The notes beneath the pieces were generated by a model, which saw nothing but the letters and a program-made list of their open reading frames with translations, did not search any database and had not been told where the DNA came from. Below, piece by piece: positions 49,915-61,268 of a stretch of DNA of 64,000 nt. Source of the DNA: a virus; the IMG/VR virus record IMGVR_UViG_3300046314_000711. One strand, written 5' to 3'. Every line of letters starts with the position of its first letter. Positions within the stretch are counted from its first letter, which is position 1. The position numbers and the translations under genes were made by a program.

Positions 49915-51357
49915 ATGATTGCTTCTATTGACATGCTCAATGAGCTTAAATTTTTCTACTCAAATGAAGAACTTGCAGGCCATCTAGCTGTATCGACATC
50001 TTCTATTGATAAAAAAGAGCCTACAATATCCGATGCGTTAGCTGAAAAGCTGTATGCGTTTTTTCAAACTCACTGCCTCAACCACGCAGAAGAAATTGAA
50101 GTACAGAACCTATCTACGTACTCTGTAGACCATCCGATGTTGGTCAGTACTCCTGATGGATTCAACATGATCATGGCTCACTATATCAAGCAGCCAAGAA
50201 CAATTGAGCATATAAGTGTCGGCGAGTATTCGCTACGCTGCTCTAGTGACCACTTAATTGAGACTGACAGTGGCTGGGTAAAAGCGGAAAACTTGGAGGT
50301 TGGTCAGTTGGTGTTGACCAAACGGGGATACCAACCCGTTGCTACTAGAGCGACAGATTCTAATAAACAAGTTGTGTATGACTTCGAAGTTGGTCACGAG
50401 AATCATCGCTATTGGTCGCACGGAATCAGCTCCCACAATACTGGAAAATCATTCATTGCCGGCAATGTAATTCGTGAAGCTCAAAAGTCTGGGGCATTCA
50501 ACTTAATCATCGATAGTGAAAATGCGCTTGATCGTGATTACCTCGAAAAGATTGGTGTGAATTACGATGAAGGTATTCTTCGCAAACGTGTTGTTAAGAT
50601 CACCGATGCTTGGACCCTAATTCGATCATTCTTAGATGGGTACCTCAAAGAGTATGCTGAAAACTTAGCAGCAGCTCCAAAGCTCCACATCACAATTGAT
50701 TCACTGGGGTTTATGATGACCGACAGCGATTACAACAACGCAGAGTCAGGCGACTTCAAAGCTGATCAAGGTGCTACCAAGCGCATGATCAAAGACTTGT
50801 TGAAGAAACTCACCCATGCTGTTGCAGGCTTGAATGTCACGTACTTGTGCACAGACCAGGTTTACCAAGCGCGTGCCCAACAGATTATGGCTGGTACTGC
50901 AATCGATGGTGCTGTACTAAATGAACAAGTTAAGTTCGCATTCCATCAGATTGCCTACCTATCTCGTCTGAAGTTGAAGGATGATAAGACGAAACAAGTG
51001 ACAGGTATTCGTTTGAAGGTTGCTGCTGCGAAGACTCGTTTCACCCAACCATTCGGACAAATTGAACTTGAAGTGCCTTATTCCACCGGTATCGATCCAT
51101 ACAACGGTCTATTCGAAGTTGCAGTGGCACTTGGTGTGATTGTTAAGACTGGTGGTTGGTACGCAATGGCTGAAACACCTACTGAAAAGTGGCGCGCCGC
51201 TGACTTTGCTGATCACCAGGAAAACACACTGATTAAGTTAGAAATGATGAAAGACGCATCTATCCTTGTCGACACTGGTTTGGAAACCGATAATGGAGAC
51301 AAGCCTGTTGCTTTTGCTAATCAGAAGCGACTATCAGCAGAACTACTTGACGAGTAA
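49915..51357 (+). CDS. uvsX: 175-aa split-intein C fragment fused to the UvsX/RecA C-extein
   Basis: CSSDH (block B), VYDFEV (F), SHN|TGKS (G); IDSENALD, IDSLG, KTRF RecA motifs. Confidence 0.9.
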   Translation: MIASIDMLNELKFFYSNEELAGHLAVSTSSIDKKEPTISDALAEKLYAFFQTHCLNHAEEIEVQNLSTYSVDHPMLVSTPDGFNMIMAHYIKQPRTIEHISVGEYSLRCSSDHLIETDSGWVKAENLEVGQLVLTKRGYQPVATRATDSNKQVVYDFEVGHENHRYWSHGISSHNTGKSFIAGNVIREAQKSGAFNLIIDSENALDRDYLEKIGVNYDEGILRKRVVKITDAWTLIRSFLDGYLKEYAENLAAAPKLHITIDSLGFMMTDSDYNNAESGDFKADQGATKRMIKDLLKKLTHAVAGLNVTYLCTDQVYQARAQQIMAGTAIDGAVLNEQVKFAFHQIAYLSRLKLKDDKTKQVTGIRLKVAAAKTRFTQPFGQIELEVPYSTGIDPYNGLFEVAVALGVIVKTGGWYAMAETPTEKWRAADFADHQENTLIKLEMMKDASILVDTGLETDNGDKPVAFANQKRLSAELLDE

Positions 51358-51904
51358 TACTACCACCTATGTTTGACGACGATGATGACGAAACCTTGAA
51401 TGATACCCCCGAAGTGGCTCTCACTAAGGGGGATGTAATTGATATGCTCATCAAGAGACAAAAATTGTGGCTCGATGCGAGTGTAATGATTGCTAATACA
51501 CTACCTGATGCGTGGGATGTTGTAGAAGGGTATCTTGCTTCCACTTACAATATTACCAATCTGCTATTGAGCGAGCTATCGTTTGAGCCGTCGACAGAGG
51601 TATTGAGGTATAGTGTGTTTGAGCAAGGGGATACAGTGGTGTATACTATTCCTGTTCCCCTGTCTCTCGCTGTTGATCCGGGACAAGACGGTATGCGGCT
51701 AGTCGAATATCTAACGAATCTACCTGTCGCCCCAAATGATGCAGATACTAGTGATATCCCTCCTGAAACACGGTACCGTAAGCAATTGCAACTTACTCTC
51801 GAAAAATATCCAGGGATGTACATGGACCTCGATCGGTTGGCTGAACTTGAAGTGCAGTCAGCAAAGGGACAGTTATTTAAATATCCAGTCGCAGAGAAAA
51901 TACA

Positions 51905-52366
51905 ATGACTATTCTAGCCGACCTCGGCACCAATTTCGAAAACCTAGCAACCATATTAGATAAAATGGATGATGACTTCAAAGATGCAGCAAAGCACTTG
52001 AAGATCAAAGGTATTACACTTGACCAATCACTGATTGAGCAAGCGAGTTGGGTAGGGCACTATGCAATCCGTCATGCGGAACTGCGAAGCATTCGTAAAC
52101 ACATTGAGACGGTAATCGATAAAACTCGCGGCAAGTATTGGAAACACTACACAGAGAAACATCCGCGCGAGCTACAGTATCGTGATAAAGAACAGTACAT
52201 TAACACGGAGGATCGTGTTAATGAGTTAAAATCCATCTTTCATGCAGTAATGGAGATGGAAGAAAAATATGAAGCGATGTGTGAGGCTCTGAAGCAAAAG
52301 GGATTTATGTTGAATGCGATTGTTAAATCAAAAGTTGCATCTATTGATGGGAACCTAGTGCTGTGA
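51905..52366 (+). CDS. uvsY: UvsY-like recombination mediator
   Basis: Helical, YTEKHPRELQYRDKEQYI; lies between uvsX and uvsW. Confidence 0.7.
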   Translation: MTILADLGTNFENLATILDKMDDDFKDAAKHLKIKGITLDQSLIEQASWVGHYAIRHAELRSIRKHIETVIDKTRGKYWKHYTEKHPRELQYRDKEQYINTEDRVNELKSIFHAVMEMEEKYEAMCEALKQKGFMLNAIVKSKVASIDGNLVL

Positions 52367-53532
52367 GTGACATTACAATTCCTAGCAAAACCCTCGACAG
52401 TATTCTTCGGGAACTATCCGCATCTAAACCAACTCAACGCAGAACAGTACGTTCCACTAAGTTGCGGCGGCGCAAGCTGAAATCACTGCATCCCGGAAAC
52501 CTCGCTGCTGCTGTATCAATCCAACAAAAGGACCTGACAATGTTATCGTACGTAGAAACTGAATTTAGTGATTATATTCAAAACGAATTCGTAATGAACA
52601 GGCTTACTACAGGCACTCACATTTACGGGGACGAAGTAAGACTCGAAATTGTTCCGAACTTACCTGCTGTTTTGTGTAAAATTCTCGCTAAAACAAGCTC
52701 CAAATATACGTTGATTAGTCAGTCGAGTTCACGAGCACAAATCGTAGTAGAAGGTCGTGGTATTATTAGCTGTCGCACCAACTCTAATTCATCGTACGTT
52801 GAAGTGTTGGGAGATCAAGACCTTATTGATCAAGTTCTGAATACACTGCTAGCAGACTACGTCGAGATTGCCACCACAATCGATTGGGTGATTGGTGGGG
52901 ATAGCGGCATGACAACAATCCCACTACGTGCTCCGCAAGGTATAACAGATAGTTCATATCCTTTTATTGAAGAAGGTGTCGAGCAGTTTGTGCAAGACTT
53001 CCTAGCGTCCAGTGAAAATGTTCTCTTATTACTAGGAATTCCTGGTTCGGGGAAATCAAATTTAATTAAACACATCATCGCGAAGTCGAGAAAAAATGCT
53101 CTCATCACCTACGATCCTGAAGTGATGAAAAAAGATCATATTTTCGCTAACTTTATCGAGGAAGATTATGGCTCTCTAATTATGGAAGATGCTGACGCTT
53201 TTCTGGGCGCCCGCACAGAAGGTAATTTGATGATGACAAAATTTCTCAATGTGGCGGATGGTATCGTTTCTATGAATGGTAAGAAGATGATTTTTTCAAC
53301 TAATTTAGAAAAACTAGATGATATTGACGCCGCTTTGTTGCGTCCTGGACGATGCTACGCTGTTATCAATTTTCGTAAACTCAACTGTGCAGAGTCGATT
53401 GCATTCTGCAAAGATCACAATATCACAAATTGGTCTCCGACACCTGGTGAGGAATATTCCCTTGCTCAACTTTATAACCACACCAAGCAAGCGCGACGCA
53501 CCACAACGAAGCGTAGAGTTGGATTTTACTAA
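52363..53532 (+). CDS. AAA+ ATPase
   Basis: GIPGSGKS, MEDAD, FSTN, DAALLRPGR. Confidence 0.85.
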   Translation: MSDITIPSKTLDSILRELSASKPTQRRTVRSTKLRRRKLKSLHPGNLAAAVSIQQKDLTMLSYVETEFSDYIQNEFVMNRLTTGTHIYGDEVRLEIVPNLPAVLCKILAKTSSKYTLISQSSSRAQIVVEGRGIISCRTNSNSSYVEVLGDQDLIDQVLNTLLADYVEIATTIDWVIGGDSGMTTIPLRAPQGITDSSYPFIEEGVEQFVQDFLASSENVLLLLGIPGSGKSNLIKHIIAKSRKNALITYDPEVMKKDHIFANFIEEDYGSLIMEDADAFLGARTEGNLMMTKFLNVADGIVSMNGKKMIFSTNLEKLDDIDAALLRPGRCYAVINFRKLNCAESIAFCKDHNITNWSPTPGEEYSLAQLYNHTKQARRTTTKRRVGFY

Positions 53533-54944
53533 TGCACTGCCAAATAACGATTCGTGATGAAGTGACTTGCACTCTTACTGGTCTACAGCAACATCACCTT
53601 GATCAACTTGTGGATACGCACGCTGAGTTTGTACCTGGATTTAAATTTATGCCATTGTATAAAATGGGTGCTTGGGACGGTAGAACAAACTTCGTCACGA
53701 AGAAGGGTCGAACCTACCAAGCAATGCTACCTGACATTATTCCGAAGCTTATTGGATGGGGTTATAAGCTCAAACTAAATGATACTCGCGCCCCTCTTGA
53801 AATAAATGTCCAACACATCGACAAAAACCTGTTCAGCGAACATGGCTGGACTCTCCGTGAACACCAAGTGAGAATGGTTAACGCTCTTATTGATAATGAC
53901 CATAAAGGTATAATGCTTGCCTGTACAGGCGCTGGCAAGAGTCTTGCTATATGTGCAGTATCGAAAGTATATGAGCAAATTGGATTTCGATCGATTATTA
54001 TTGTGCCAAGTGTGGATCTCGTCCGGCAATCCAAGGAACCGTATACAGCAATGAAGATGGATATTGGGGAGTACACAGGCGACACAAAAGATATAGACCA
54101 CCAACACGTGCTATCTACCTGGCAAGCACTCCAAAATAACCCAGCAGTACTACTTAACTTTCAAGTTGTAATTGTTGATGAAACCCATGGGGTTAAAGGC
54201 ACATCATTAACCAAATTGCTAATCGAGCATGGTTCACATATACCTGTTCGTATGGGTTGTACGGGCACACTTCCGAAAGATCCTGCTGACTATAAATCTG
54301 TATTTGCTGGAATTGGTGCACAAATCGTTGTAGAAGTAACAGCAAAAGAGCTGCAAGATAAAGGATTACTTGCTACAGTCAATATCAACCAAATGCTGCT
54401 TCGTGATAGTGATAACCCAGCACAGGATAAATTTGCAGAGTATGATCACGAGAAGAAAGCACTTGTTGCAAATGCACCTCGAAATAAATGGATTGCAGAC
54501 TTCATTGCTGATTTGGCTAAAAGTGATGGTAACACCATGGTATTGGTAAGCTCTATTCCAGTCGGTAAAAAGTTGCAGAAGATGATTGGGGATGAACGAT
54601 CGGCATTTATCTATGGTAAAGATGATACTGAGGTGCGAAAACAAGCATATGATCTGTTCGAGACACACAACAACATCATTGTCATCGCGAATGTCCAAAT
54701 TGCTGCTGTTGGGTTGAGCATAGATAGAATCTTTAACCTCGTGCTACTCGATATTGGAAAAGCATTTACACGAGTAGTGCAAGCTATTGGACGATCACTA
54801 CGAATGGCGAGTGATAAGACACACGCAGAGGTGTGGGACATCGGAACAAACTATAGTTTTGGGTTAGCACACGCAAAGAAGCGGTGTTCTTATTACGCCG
54901 AAGCTAGCTATCCGTATAAAACAACTTACATCAACTACAAATGA
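53532..54944 (+). CDS. uvsW: UvsW-like SF2 DNA helicase
   Basis: LREHQ, CTGAGKS, VDETH, GCTGT, QAIGRSLR. Confidence 0.9.
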   Translation: MHCQITIRDEVTCTLTGLQQHHLDQLVDTHAEFVPGFKFMPLYKMGAWDGRTNFVTKKGRTYQAMLPDIIPKLIGWGYKLKLNDTRAPLEINVQHIDKNLFSEHGWTLREHQVRMVNALIDNDHKGIMLACTGAGKSLAICAVSKVYEQIGFRSIIIVPSVDLVRQSKEPYTAMKMDIGEYTGDTKDIDHQHVLSTWQALQNNPAVLLNFQVVIVDETHGVKGTSLTKLLIEHGSHIPVRMGCTGTLPKDPADYKSVFAGIGAQIVVEVTAKELQDKGLLATVNINQMLLRDSDNPAQDKFAEYDHEKKALVANAPRNKWIADFIADLAKSDGNTMVLVSSIPVGKKLQKMIGDERSAFIYGKDDTEVRKQAYDLFETHNNIIVIANVQIAAVGLSIDRIFNLVLLDIGKAFTRVVQAIGRSLRMASDKTHAEVWDIGTNYSFGLAHAKKRCSYYAEASYPYKTTYINYK

Positions 54945-55997
54945 AACAGTACTTCAATATACAACTAAACCAAAATCGAAAAATCCTGCATTTTTTCATT
55001 CAGCACGACGAAAAAGGTCACCAACTTGAACTCACTGTCGTTGCAAACATTGATGATTTACCCGAGCATTGGGAATATGTGAGAATGGCTGGTGATTTTC
55101 CAGTTTTCAAACGAAAGACACCACAATGAATTTAATCGACATTAGCGACATTGGGAAACCAGCGCTGACCACTGCCGACATCAAAAAGCTGGAAGGCTTT
55201 TGGAACTACGATCTACGTCAGCAGGACTATTTTTGTTCATCCTTATCCGTAGTAATCGAGCTGCAGTCCTCTGCATTGACTATTGCAGTTGGCAAGACAA
55301 CACTAACGCTACCAGTAGACTGGTTTGTAATCGTATGTGATAAGATGACAGGATCAATCGATACCATCAGGGTGCATGATTTAACGAATACAAGTTTCAA
55401 GTTATTTGTTGTTGGTCCGAAGCACCATACTGTTACCGAAACGGGGTATCGTGTGATTGATTTCGATCAGTCCCGTACATTCTTCCACCCAGTACTAGGG
55501 AAACACCAGTTACTATGCACAGAAGTATCTCCTGGCAAATGGATTCTCGTTTCTCCAAATGATAGTTACCAGAAGTACTTGAAAAATATGGCACTTGCCG
55601 ACTTTCTAATGTAAAAAGGATATACAATGGGAACAGAAAATAATACTGGTGATGTACCAGCAACAAAACGAGCTAAGTCGAAGGGTGGAGTGATTAAAGT
55701 GGAGACAATGTCTCTCGATCAGTTCCGCTCGTACCTCAAGGGTATCATGTTTGTCGGTGGACCCACTTGGCGACCTGATCGTGAGCAATGGGAAGCGATC
55801 GTTGCTATCATTGATAAGTTGACGACTACAGGTAATACTGCACAACCAACATCTGCGCCGCCATATCAAGCTCCACAGAATAACTGGCAGCAGTCTCCAA
55901 CGTGGGAACCTATGCCAACACAGCAACCTCAACGTGCTGCACCATCTGCAATGGATACTGTGAATGATGATGGTGGTGCGTACGTTCCACCGTTTAT

Positions 55998-56558
55998 TTG
56001 ACAATGCAAAATACAACTCAGCTTGACAAACGTGAGTTGACGTACACTGGTGTCAGCATTGTCGACCCTAAGTTGTTTGATCCTCCTCACCCGCTTGTCA
56101 TTAATTTGCTACAATCAGGTGCCCCCGTTCGTGTGAACGAACTCACGAAACCGATTGATCAGTACAATCGCTTTGCTGACGTTCCCGTAACAACTCCTAC
56201 TGACGACGATTACATGGTACTGCCTCCGAAATTCATTCTACCTGCTCAGTATCGCACACTAAACATTGTCAAGTATACAAAAGCACTATTAATTCAGGAT
56301 CTCAAAGTACAACCAGTCCACAATCACACAAAGTGTGTTGACCGGTACGATGATGAGATGGAGTGGTTCCTAACACACCGCAAGCAAGATATGTTGCGCA
56401 CACTAGCGTACATAGTCGATACGCTAGAGGATAATGAGATCCCTTGGGGAGTTGGGCGTGGAAGTAGTATTGCAAGTTATGTATTGTACTTGATAGGTGT
56501 TCACGACATTGATCCAATCCAGTATGATTTAGATTGGCGTGAGTTTTTGCGCGATTGA
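55998..56558 (+). CDS. DNA polymerase III alpha (DnaE) fragment, GRGS region
   Basis: WGVGRGSSIASYVLYLIGVHDIDPIQYDL..REFL. Confidence 0.85.
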   Translation: MTMQNTTQLDKRELTYTGVSIVDPKLFDPPHPLVINLLQSGAPVRVNELTKPIDQYNRFADVPVTTPTDDDYMVLPPKFILPAQYRTLNIVKYTKALLIQDLKVQPVHNHTKCVDRYDDEMEWFLTHRKQDMLRTLAYIVDTLEDNEIPWGVGRGSSIASYVLYLIGVHDIDPIQYDLDWREFLRD

Positions 56559-56847
56559 TAGATAGTAAATAGACAACCTCTGGAGTATACAAATATGGCT
56601 AAAATGATTAAGACAGCGCAAGGTGAACTGATTGATTGGGATCTATTGAAGATTCAAACTCAAGTAAACAACAACGTTGCAGAACCTGTTGAAGTTGTTG
56701 ATCAAGCAGCAGTTGCTGCGCGACGTCAACAACGTGCTAGGATGGAAGCAGCTCGCAACCTACTAGCAGTAGCACAAGCCGAAGCACCAGTTGCACCAAT
56801 GGAATCACAAGAAAATTCGAAGCAACAATCAGGAAAACGAGGTAAAA

Positions 56848-57135
56848 ATGCTTGAATTGATTAAGGATAGTATCATCTTCGCGTTTGAAGATGCTGTCGT
56901 TAAAGGTACGTTCGTCGAACAGACTTCATCTGGTATCTATCTCGGTCGCAGTGCTCATCGCGCGGCTAATGCCCCTCGCTGGGGGAAGGTAGTCTCTGTG
57001 GGTCCCGACGTTCGTGAAGTGCAACGTGGCGATCGCATTTTGATTGAACCTACAATGTGGACAACAGGGATGGAGTATGATGGGGTCACACTATGGCGCA
57101 CCACTGAAAAATACGTAATGGCTATTGACGAGTAA
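56848..57135 (+). CDS. GroES/gp31-like co-chaperonin
   Basis: TSSGIYL, GKVVSVGPDV..V..GDRIL. Confidence 0.85.
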   Translation: MLELIKDSIIFAFEDAVVKGTFVEQTSSGIYLGRSAHRAANAPRWGKVVSVGPDVREVQRGDRILIEPTMWTTGMEYDGVTLWRTTEKYVMAIDE

Positions 57136-57141
57136 AAACAA

Positions 57142-58557
57142 ATGTCTCTTATTATAATGCTAGCACTAGCAGCAGCGGGTCTTGCTGCTACAGCTGAATA
57201 TTTTAGTGTTATCGGGCTTGCAACAACATACGCAGGCTCTTTCAACTCCGTAGTTGCACTTGGTTGCGCTATTGGCTTTGGAAAATTAGTCGGCGTTAGT
57301 TTTTTATATCGCTTTCGAGATCGACTAACACTCGGATTTAAAGGTATGTTGAGCATCATCATAATTTCTATGATGATGATCACTAGTTTCGGCGTATTTG
57401 GATTTTTAACCAAAGCAAACCAGAGTGATATGGTTGGGTTAAAGCAAACTAATGTAACTCAATCGTTATTACAAGACGAAGCAACCCGGTTGAATGCGCG
57501 TAAAGTACAGATCGATCAACAGATTGCTCAGTTAAAATCTGACGATGTGCGAGGTCGGGTTCGACTAAATCAACAATTTAAAGACGAATTGAAGGAAATC
57601 AATACTCGCGTCCCACAGATTGAAAAAGAAAAGGCTGCTCTCGCTACTACAGAAATTACACAACAATCAGATATTGGTCCACTAATTTACCTAGCCAAAT
57701 CAATGGGGTTGGATGCAGATATTGCAACAACCTGGTTCACGCTATTATTGGTGATCGTGTTAGATCCTGCTGCTGTTGTTCTAACACTGTGTACCAACAT
57801 TGCAATTGCACACCATAGGCAAGGTAGGATTGCAGTCCCAGCTCCTGTTAATTTACCTGCCAATATCAATCCGGCAGAAGGTTCAATTCGTTTCAATGAA
57901 GAGCATCAATTATTCGAGTTGTACAAGAGTGGGCAGTGGCAGTTGTACAAGCTGCACGACGATAATCACACCGCTCCCCAGCGTACTGGTGAAATAAGTG
58001 AACAATCCATCGCATCTGATTATAACACTCCACAAGTTATTCCACATGAACAAGCTACCACTCAACCAGATGAACAGCCAGAGCCTCTGTCTGCTTTCCC
58101 TGTCTTGGTTGATACTCATACTCACCAACCGCCAGATGCGCAATTCGAACTTGATTTTGATGCACCAATCGCGGAAGATGATCAGCCAACTCCCATAGCC
58201 AACAACACACCAGTGGTTACAACACCAGAACTCGATACGTCATCGACCGATAGTGCAGATAGTTTGTTGAATGAAGTCGCTATTGCACAAGGTCCACAAC
58301 TCGCAGTTGACACAACCGGAATTGAACAAAACGGATTTGGTCAACCGAATCGTGTTGCATGGGATAATTTTGTTGACGTTGCTAATAAAATGGCTAATGC
58401 TAAGAACTCTCGTGATCCCAATGAGTTTAAACTCCATCTTGCACAACTTCAAGCATATATTGATGAACTCGATGCGCGTAAGGAATTGATCAATGACGAT
58501 GAAGCTGCACTGCGCTCTCGTATTCTTGCATTCATCCAGAGACACCAATCCGTATAA
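57142..58557 (+). CDS. Membrane protein with coiled coil
   Basis: Three N-terminal TM segments, coiled coil, IGPLIYLA...IVLDP. Confidence 0.7.
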   Translation: MSLIIMLALAAAGLAATAEYFSVIGLATTYAGSFNSVVALGCAIGFGKLVGVSFLYRFRDRLTLGFKGMLSIIIISMMMITSFGVFGFLTKANQSDMVGLKQTNVTQSLLQDEATRLNARKVQIDQQIAQLKSDDVRGRVRLNQQFKDELKEINTRVPQIEKEKAALATTEITQQSDIGPLIYLAKSMGLDADIATTWFTLLLVIVLDPAAVVLTLCTNIAIAHHRQGRIAVPAPVNLPANINPAEGSIRFNEEHQLFELYKSGQWQLYKLHDDNHTAPQRTGEISEQSIASDYNTPQVIPHEQATTQPDEQPEPLSAFPVLVDTHTHQPPDAQFELDFDAPIAEDDQPTPIANNTPVVTTPELDTSSTDSADSLLNEVAIAQGPQLAVDTTGIEQNGFGQPNRVAWDNFVDVANKMANAKNSRDPNEFKLHLAQLQAYIDELDARKELINDDEAALRSRILAFIQRHQSV

Positions 58558-58595
58558 TCAACTATACTTGTCTATAATTCACTATAAAATACAAA

Positions 58596-59513
58596 ATGAA
58601 ACAACTTTGGGTTAAAAAGTACGCACCAACTTCGTTTGAAGAATACTGCTTTGCAAATAAGCAGATGCGTCAGACAATTCAGAAACTACTAGCTGAGAAA
58701 GATATTCCTCACCTGCTTTTGAGCGGTGTAGCAGGAGTTGGTAAGAGTTCAGCAGCTCGTTTACTCATCGAGTATAATGAAATCGACAAAGCTGACGTAC
58801 TAACTATAGATGCATCCGTCGAAAATGGAGTAGATACAGTTCGTGACAAGATTCGAACCTTTGTCACTACTACTGGATTTGGTGATGTTAAAGTGGTATT
58901 ACTCGAAGAATTTGATAAATTTTCAGTTGCTGCGCAGGACACGCTACGCGAGTTAATGGTGCGCTACAGTGATGATGCGAGGTTCATCCTCACAGCAAAT
59001 CATGCACATAAGATCACAGATGCAATTAAGTCTCGAGTGCAGACTTACACATTTGCATCGCTCCCAGCAGCAAGTGCAACGAAACGAGCGTGTGAGATCT
59101 TAACCAACGAAGGCATTGAGTTTGAATTGGATGATGTAATGCAATTGGTTAATGATAAGTTGCCGGATATGCGTGGCGTTATTAACACACTCCAGCGGTT
59201 CTCAATCGATGGTAAATTGATTTACTCTGGTGAAACTACTCGCAGTGACCTAATCGAACTATTCTTAGCAGGAGACTTTAACGGTGTGCGTGATTTTATC
59301 ATGCTAAACATTCCACCAGCAGACGTCATTAATGTATACAACCAATTGTTTGAAAATATCACTCAGTGTGAAGCATTGACAACAAGTGAGGAAGTATTAG
59401 ATGATGCAATCATACTTTTTGCAAAGTATCAATATCAACACGCTCACTCAGCTGACCCTATTATCTGCATCTGCGCACTGTGCTCTGAACTACGGAAACT
59501 AACCAATGGTTAA
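58596..59513 (+). CDS. Clamp loader large subunit (gp44/RFC-like)
   Basis: WVKKYAP, GVAGVGKS, LEEFD, FILTAN, IKSR. Confidence 0.9.
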   Translation: MKQLWVKKYAPTSFEEYCFANKQMRQTIQKLLAEKDIPHLLLSGVAGVGKSSAARLLIEYNEIDKADVLTIDASVENGVDTVRDKIRTFVTTTGFGDVKVVLLEEFDKFSVAAQDTLRELMVRYSDDARFILTANHAHKITDAIKSRVQTYTFASLPAASATKRACEILTNEGIEFELDDVMQLVNDKLPDMRGVINTLQRFSIDGKLIYSGETTRSDLIELFLAGDFNGVRDFIMLNIPPADVINVYNQLFENITQCEALTTSEEVLDDAIILFAKYQYQHAHSADPIICICALCSELRKLTNG

Positions 59514-60178
59514 GATGTTTGAGCTATACGAGTTCATGTGTGAGCAAGAGGATTTTTTCGAACTGTTTGAAATGGCAAACATGCACAGCAGTGTGCACGG
59601 TATTCGAGACGTTGTTATTTGGGTTGGTATGGCTAACATGCAACACGGGTTACGGATCAAAGTATCAAACGTAAAAAATAAATTCGATCCACACAACAAC
59701 TTTGTAATACAAATGCCAAGTTTGGACTATAACCCTGTAAAAGTTGCAAAATGGATAACAACAGATACGATGACTCAAATTCAAAATTGGGTTAAATTGA
59801 ACCAAGACACCCTTGTTGACTACGAAACAGGTAAACTAGACGATACGTTGGTGTTTTTGAATAAAATAGTAAAGGTGTAAGATACAGTGACTAATGAACT
59901 ATCGCAAACTACAATCAACGCAATCTCAAAGACTGACCCAAACAGTCGAGTTGCATTCCAACGTCGATTAACCAACCTAGAAGCGTATATCACGAACGAT
60001 ATTAACCCTATTGAGCAACAAATTCTCGAGCTACGAGCGAAACTGATCCCTCTGTACGATGCCGTTCACATGCTTCGTGATGAGGCGCGTGCTCATTGTA
60101 CGCACGCGCCTGAACAACTCACAAGGCAAGAGGACGGCTCCATCAAGTGCAAGTTTTGCGAAACCCTCTTTCACATCA

Positions 60179-60601
60179 ATGAGTGATCTAACCATCTTTC
60201 AAATTCTCAATGAGATTGAAAAGAAAAACTACTTCCTGTGGGAGCAGTTGAATGAGAGTGAGCAGAAACAATTCCATCCTCTCGTACTGATGAAGTGGAT
60301 GTTGTATAGTGGTGTGTCTCCAATCGCTTTACAGCGCGTCAACCACAATCTTTTTGCATTAACGAAGGACCAGCAGTTCCTGAAGCTTGCAACTGTTGGA
60401 CAAAAGAAATCCAGGAAGTGGGAATGGGTAGCGAAGAAGCCTGTTATCGAAGAACAGTTGAAAGCAATCCAGTACGTATACGATACTAATAGTCGACAAG
60501 CAGAGCAAACACTCGATCTTTTGACCCCTGCAGAACTTGAACAAGTAATACAAGAATATCGTGACAGCACTCCTAAAAAAGAAACCAAAAAGCGCAGGTA
60601 G
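60179..60601 (+). CDS. Clamp loader small subunit (gp62-like)
   Basis: FQILNEI...FHPLVLMKW...WV; context. Confidence 0.6.
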   Translation: MSDLTIFQILNEIEKKNYFLWEQLNESEQKQFHPLVLMKWMLYSGVSPIALQRVNHNLFALTKDQQFLKLATVGQKKSRKWEWVAKKPVIEEQLKAIQYVYDTNSRQAEQTLDLLTPAELEQVIQEYRDSTPKKETKKRR

Positions 60602-61265
60602 CTACGTATGCAGCCACTGCGATAAGACATTCCTACGCGAAGCTGCATTTCTTGACCACGTCTGCCAACAAATGCAACGTGCGCATGCAATGAAGACTAG
60701 CGAGGGGATGGGTGCGTGGCTTGCCTACAGCAGTTGGCTGAAATTTATGGGCAAAAAGGTACCACCACAGTCTGGATTCATATCATCTCGATTCTTCCAG
60801 TCATTCATTAAGTTTGCAGCATTTTGCCAGGCAACTAAGTTACCAAACATCGAATCTTACATTCGGCACATGGTCAAGCACAATATTCCTCCAGTAATAT
60901 GGACGAATAATGCGATATACAGTGAATGGATTCGCGTCAATTCAACCGAACGATCGCCATCAAAATTAGTACAAACCTCTGCACTATTCCTATGCAAAGC
61001 GGCAGAGGTACATCGTGTTGATGTTGCAGAAGTATTTGATCACCACACATCTGGCGAAGTAAGTCAGTGGATCCGCAATGGTGATGTATCCCCTTGGTTG
61101 TTACTTACGAGCACAAAGTTCAAGCAGTGGTACGCAGGACTTGATGAAGATGACCGCGATAATCTATCGAAGGTACTAGACATTGCCGAGTGGGTAGAGA
61201 AAATCAAGGCAAATCCAAACACAGTATCAAAAACAAAGAGCATCGTTGCAGAGTTAGGATTATAA
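60561..61265 (+). CDS. Zinc-finger hypothetical protein
   Basis: CSHC...H.C; G.VSPWLL; start uncertain. Confidence 0.65.
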   Translation: MTALLKKKPKSAGSYVCSHCDKTFLREAAFLDHVCQQMQRAHAMKTSEGMGAWLAYSSWLKFMGKKVPPQSGFISSRFFQSFIKFAAFCQATKLPNIESYIRHMVKHNIPPVIWTNNAIYSEWIRVNSTERSPSKLVQTSALFLCKAAEVHRVDVAEVFDHHTSGEVSQWIRNGDVSPWLLLTSTKFKQWYAGLDEDDRDNLSKVLDIAEWVEKIKANPNTVSKTKSIVAELGL

Positions 61266-61268
61266 AAA

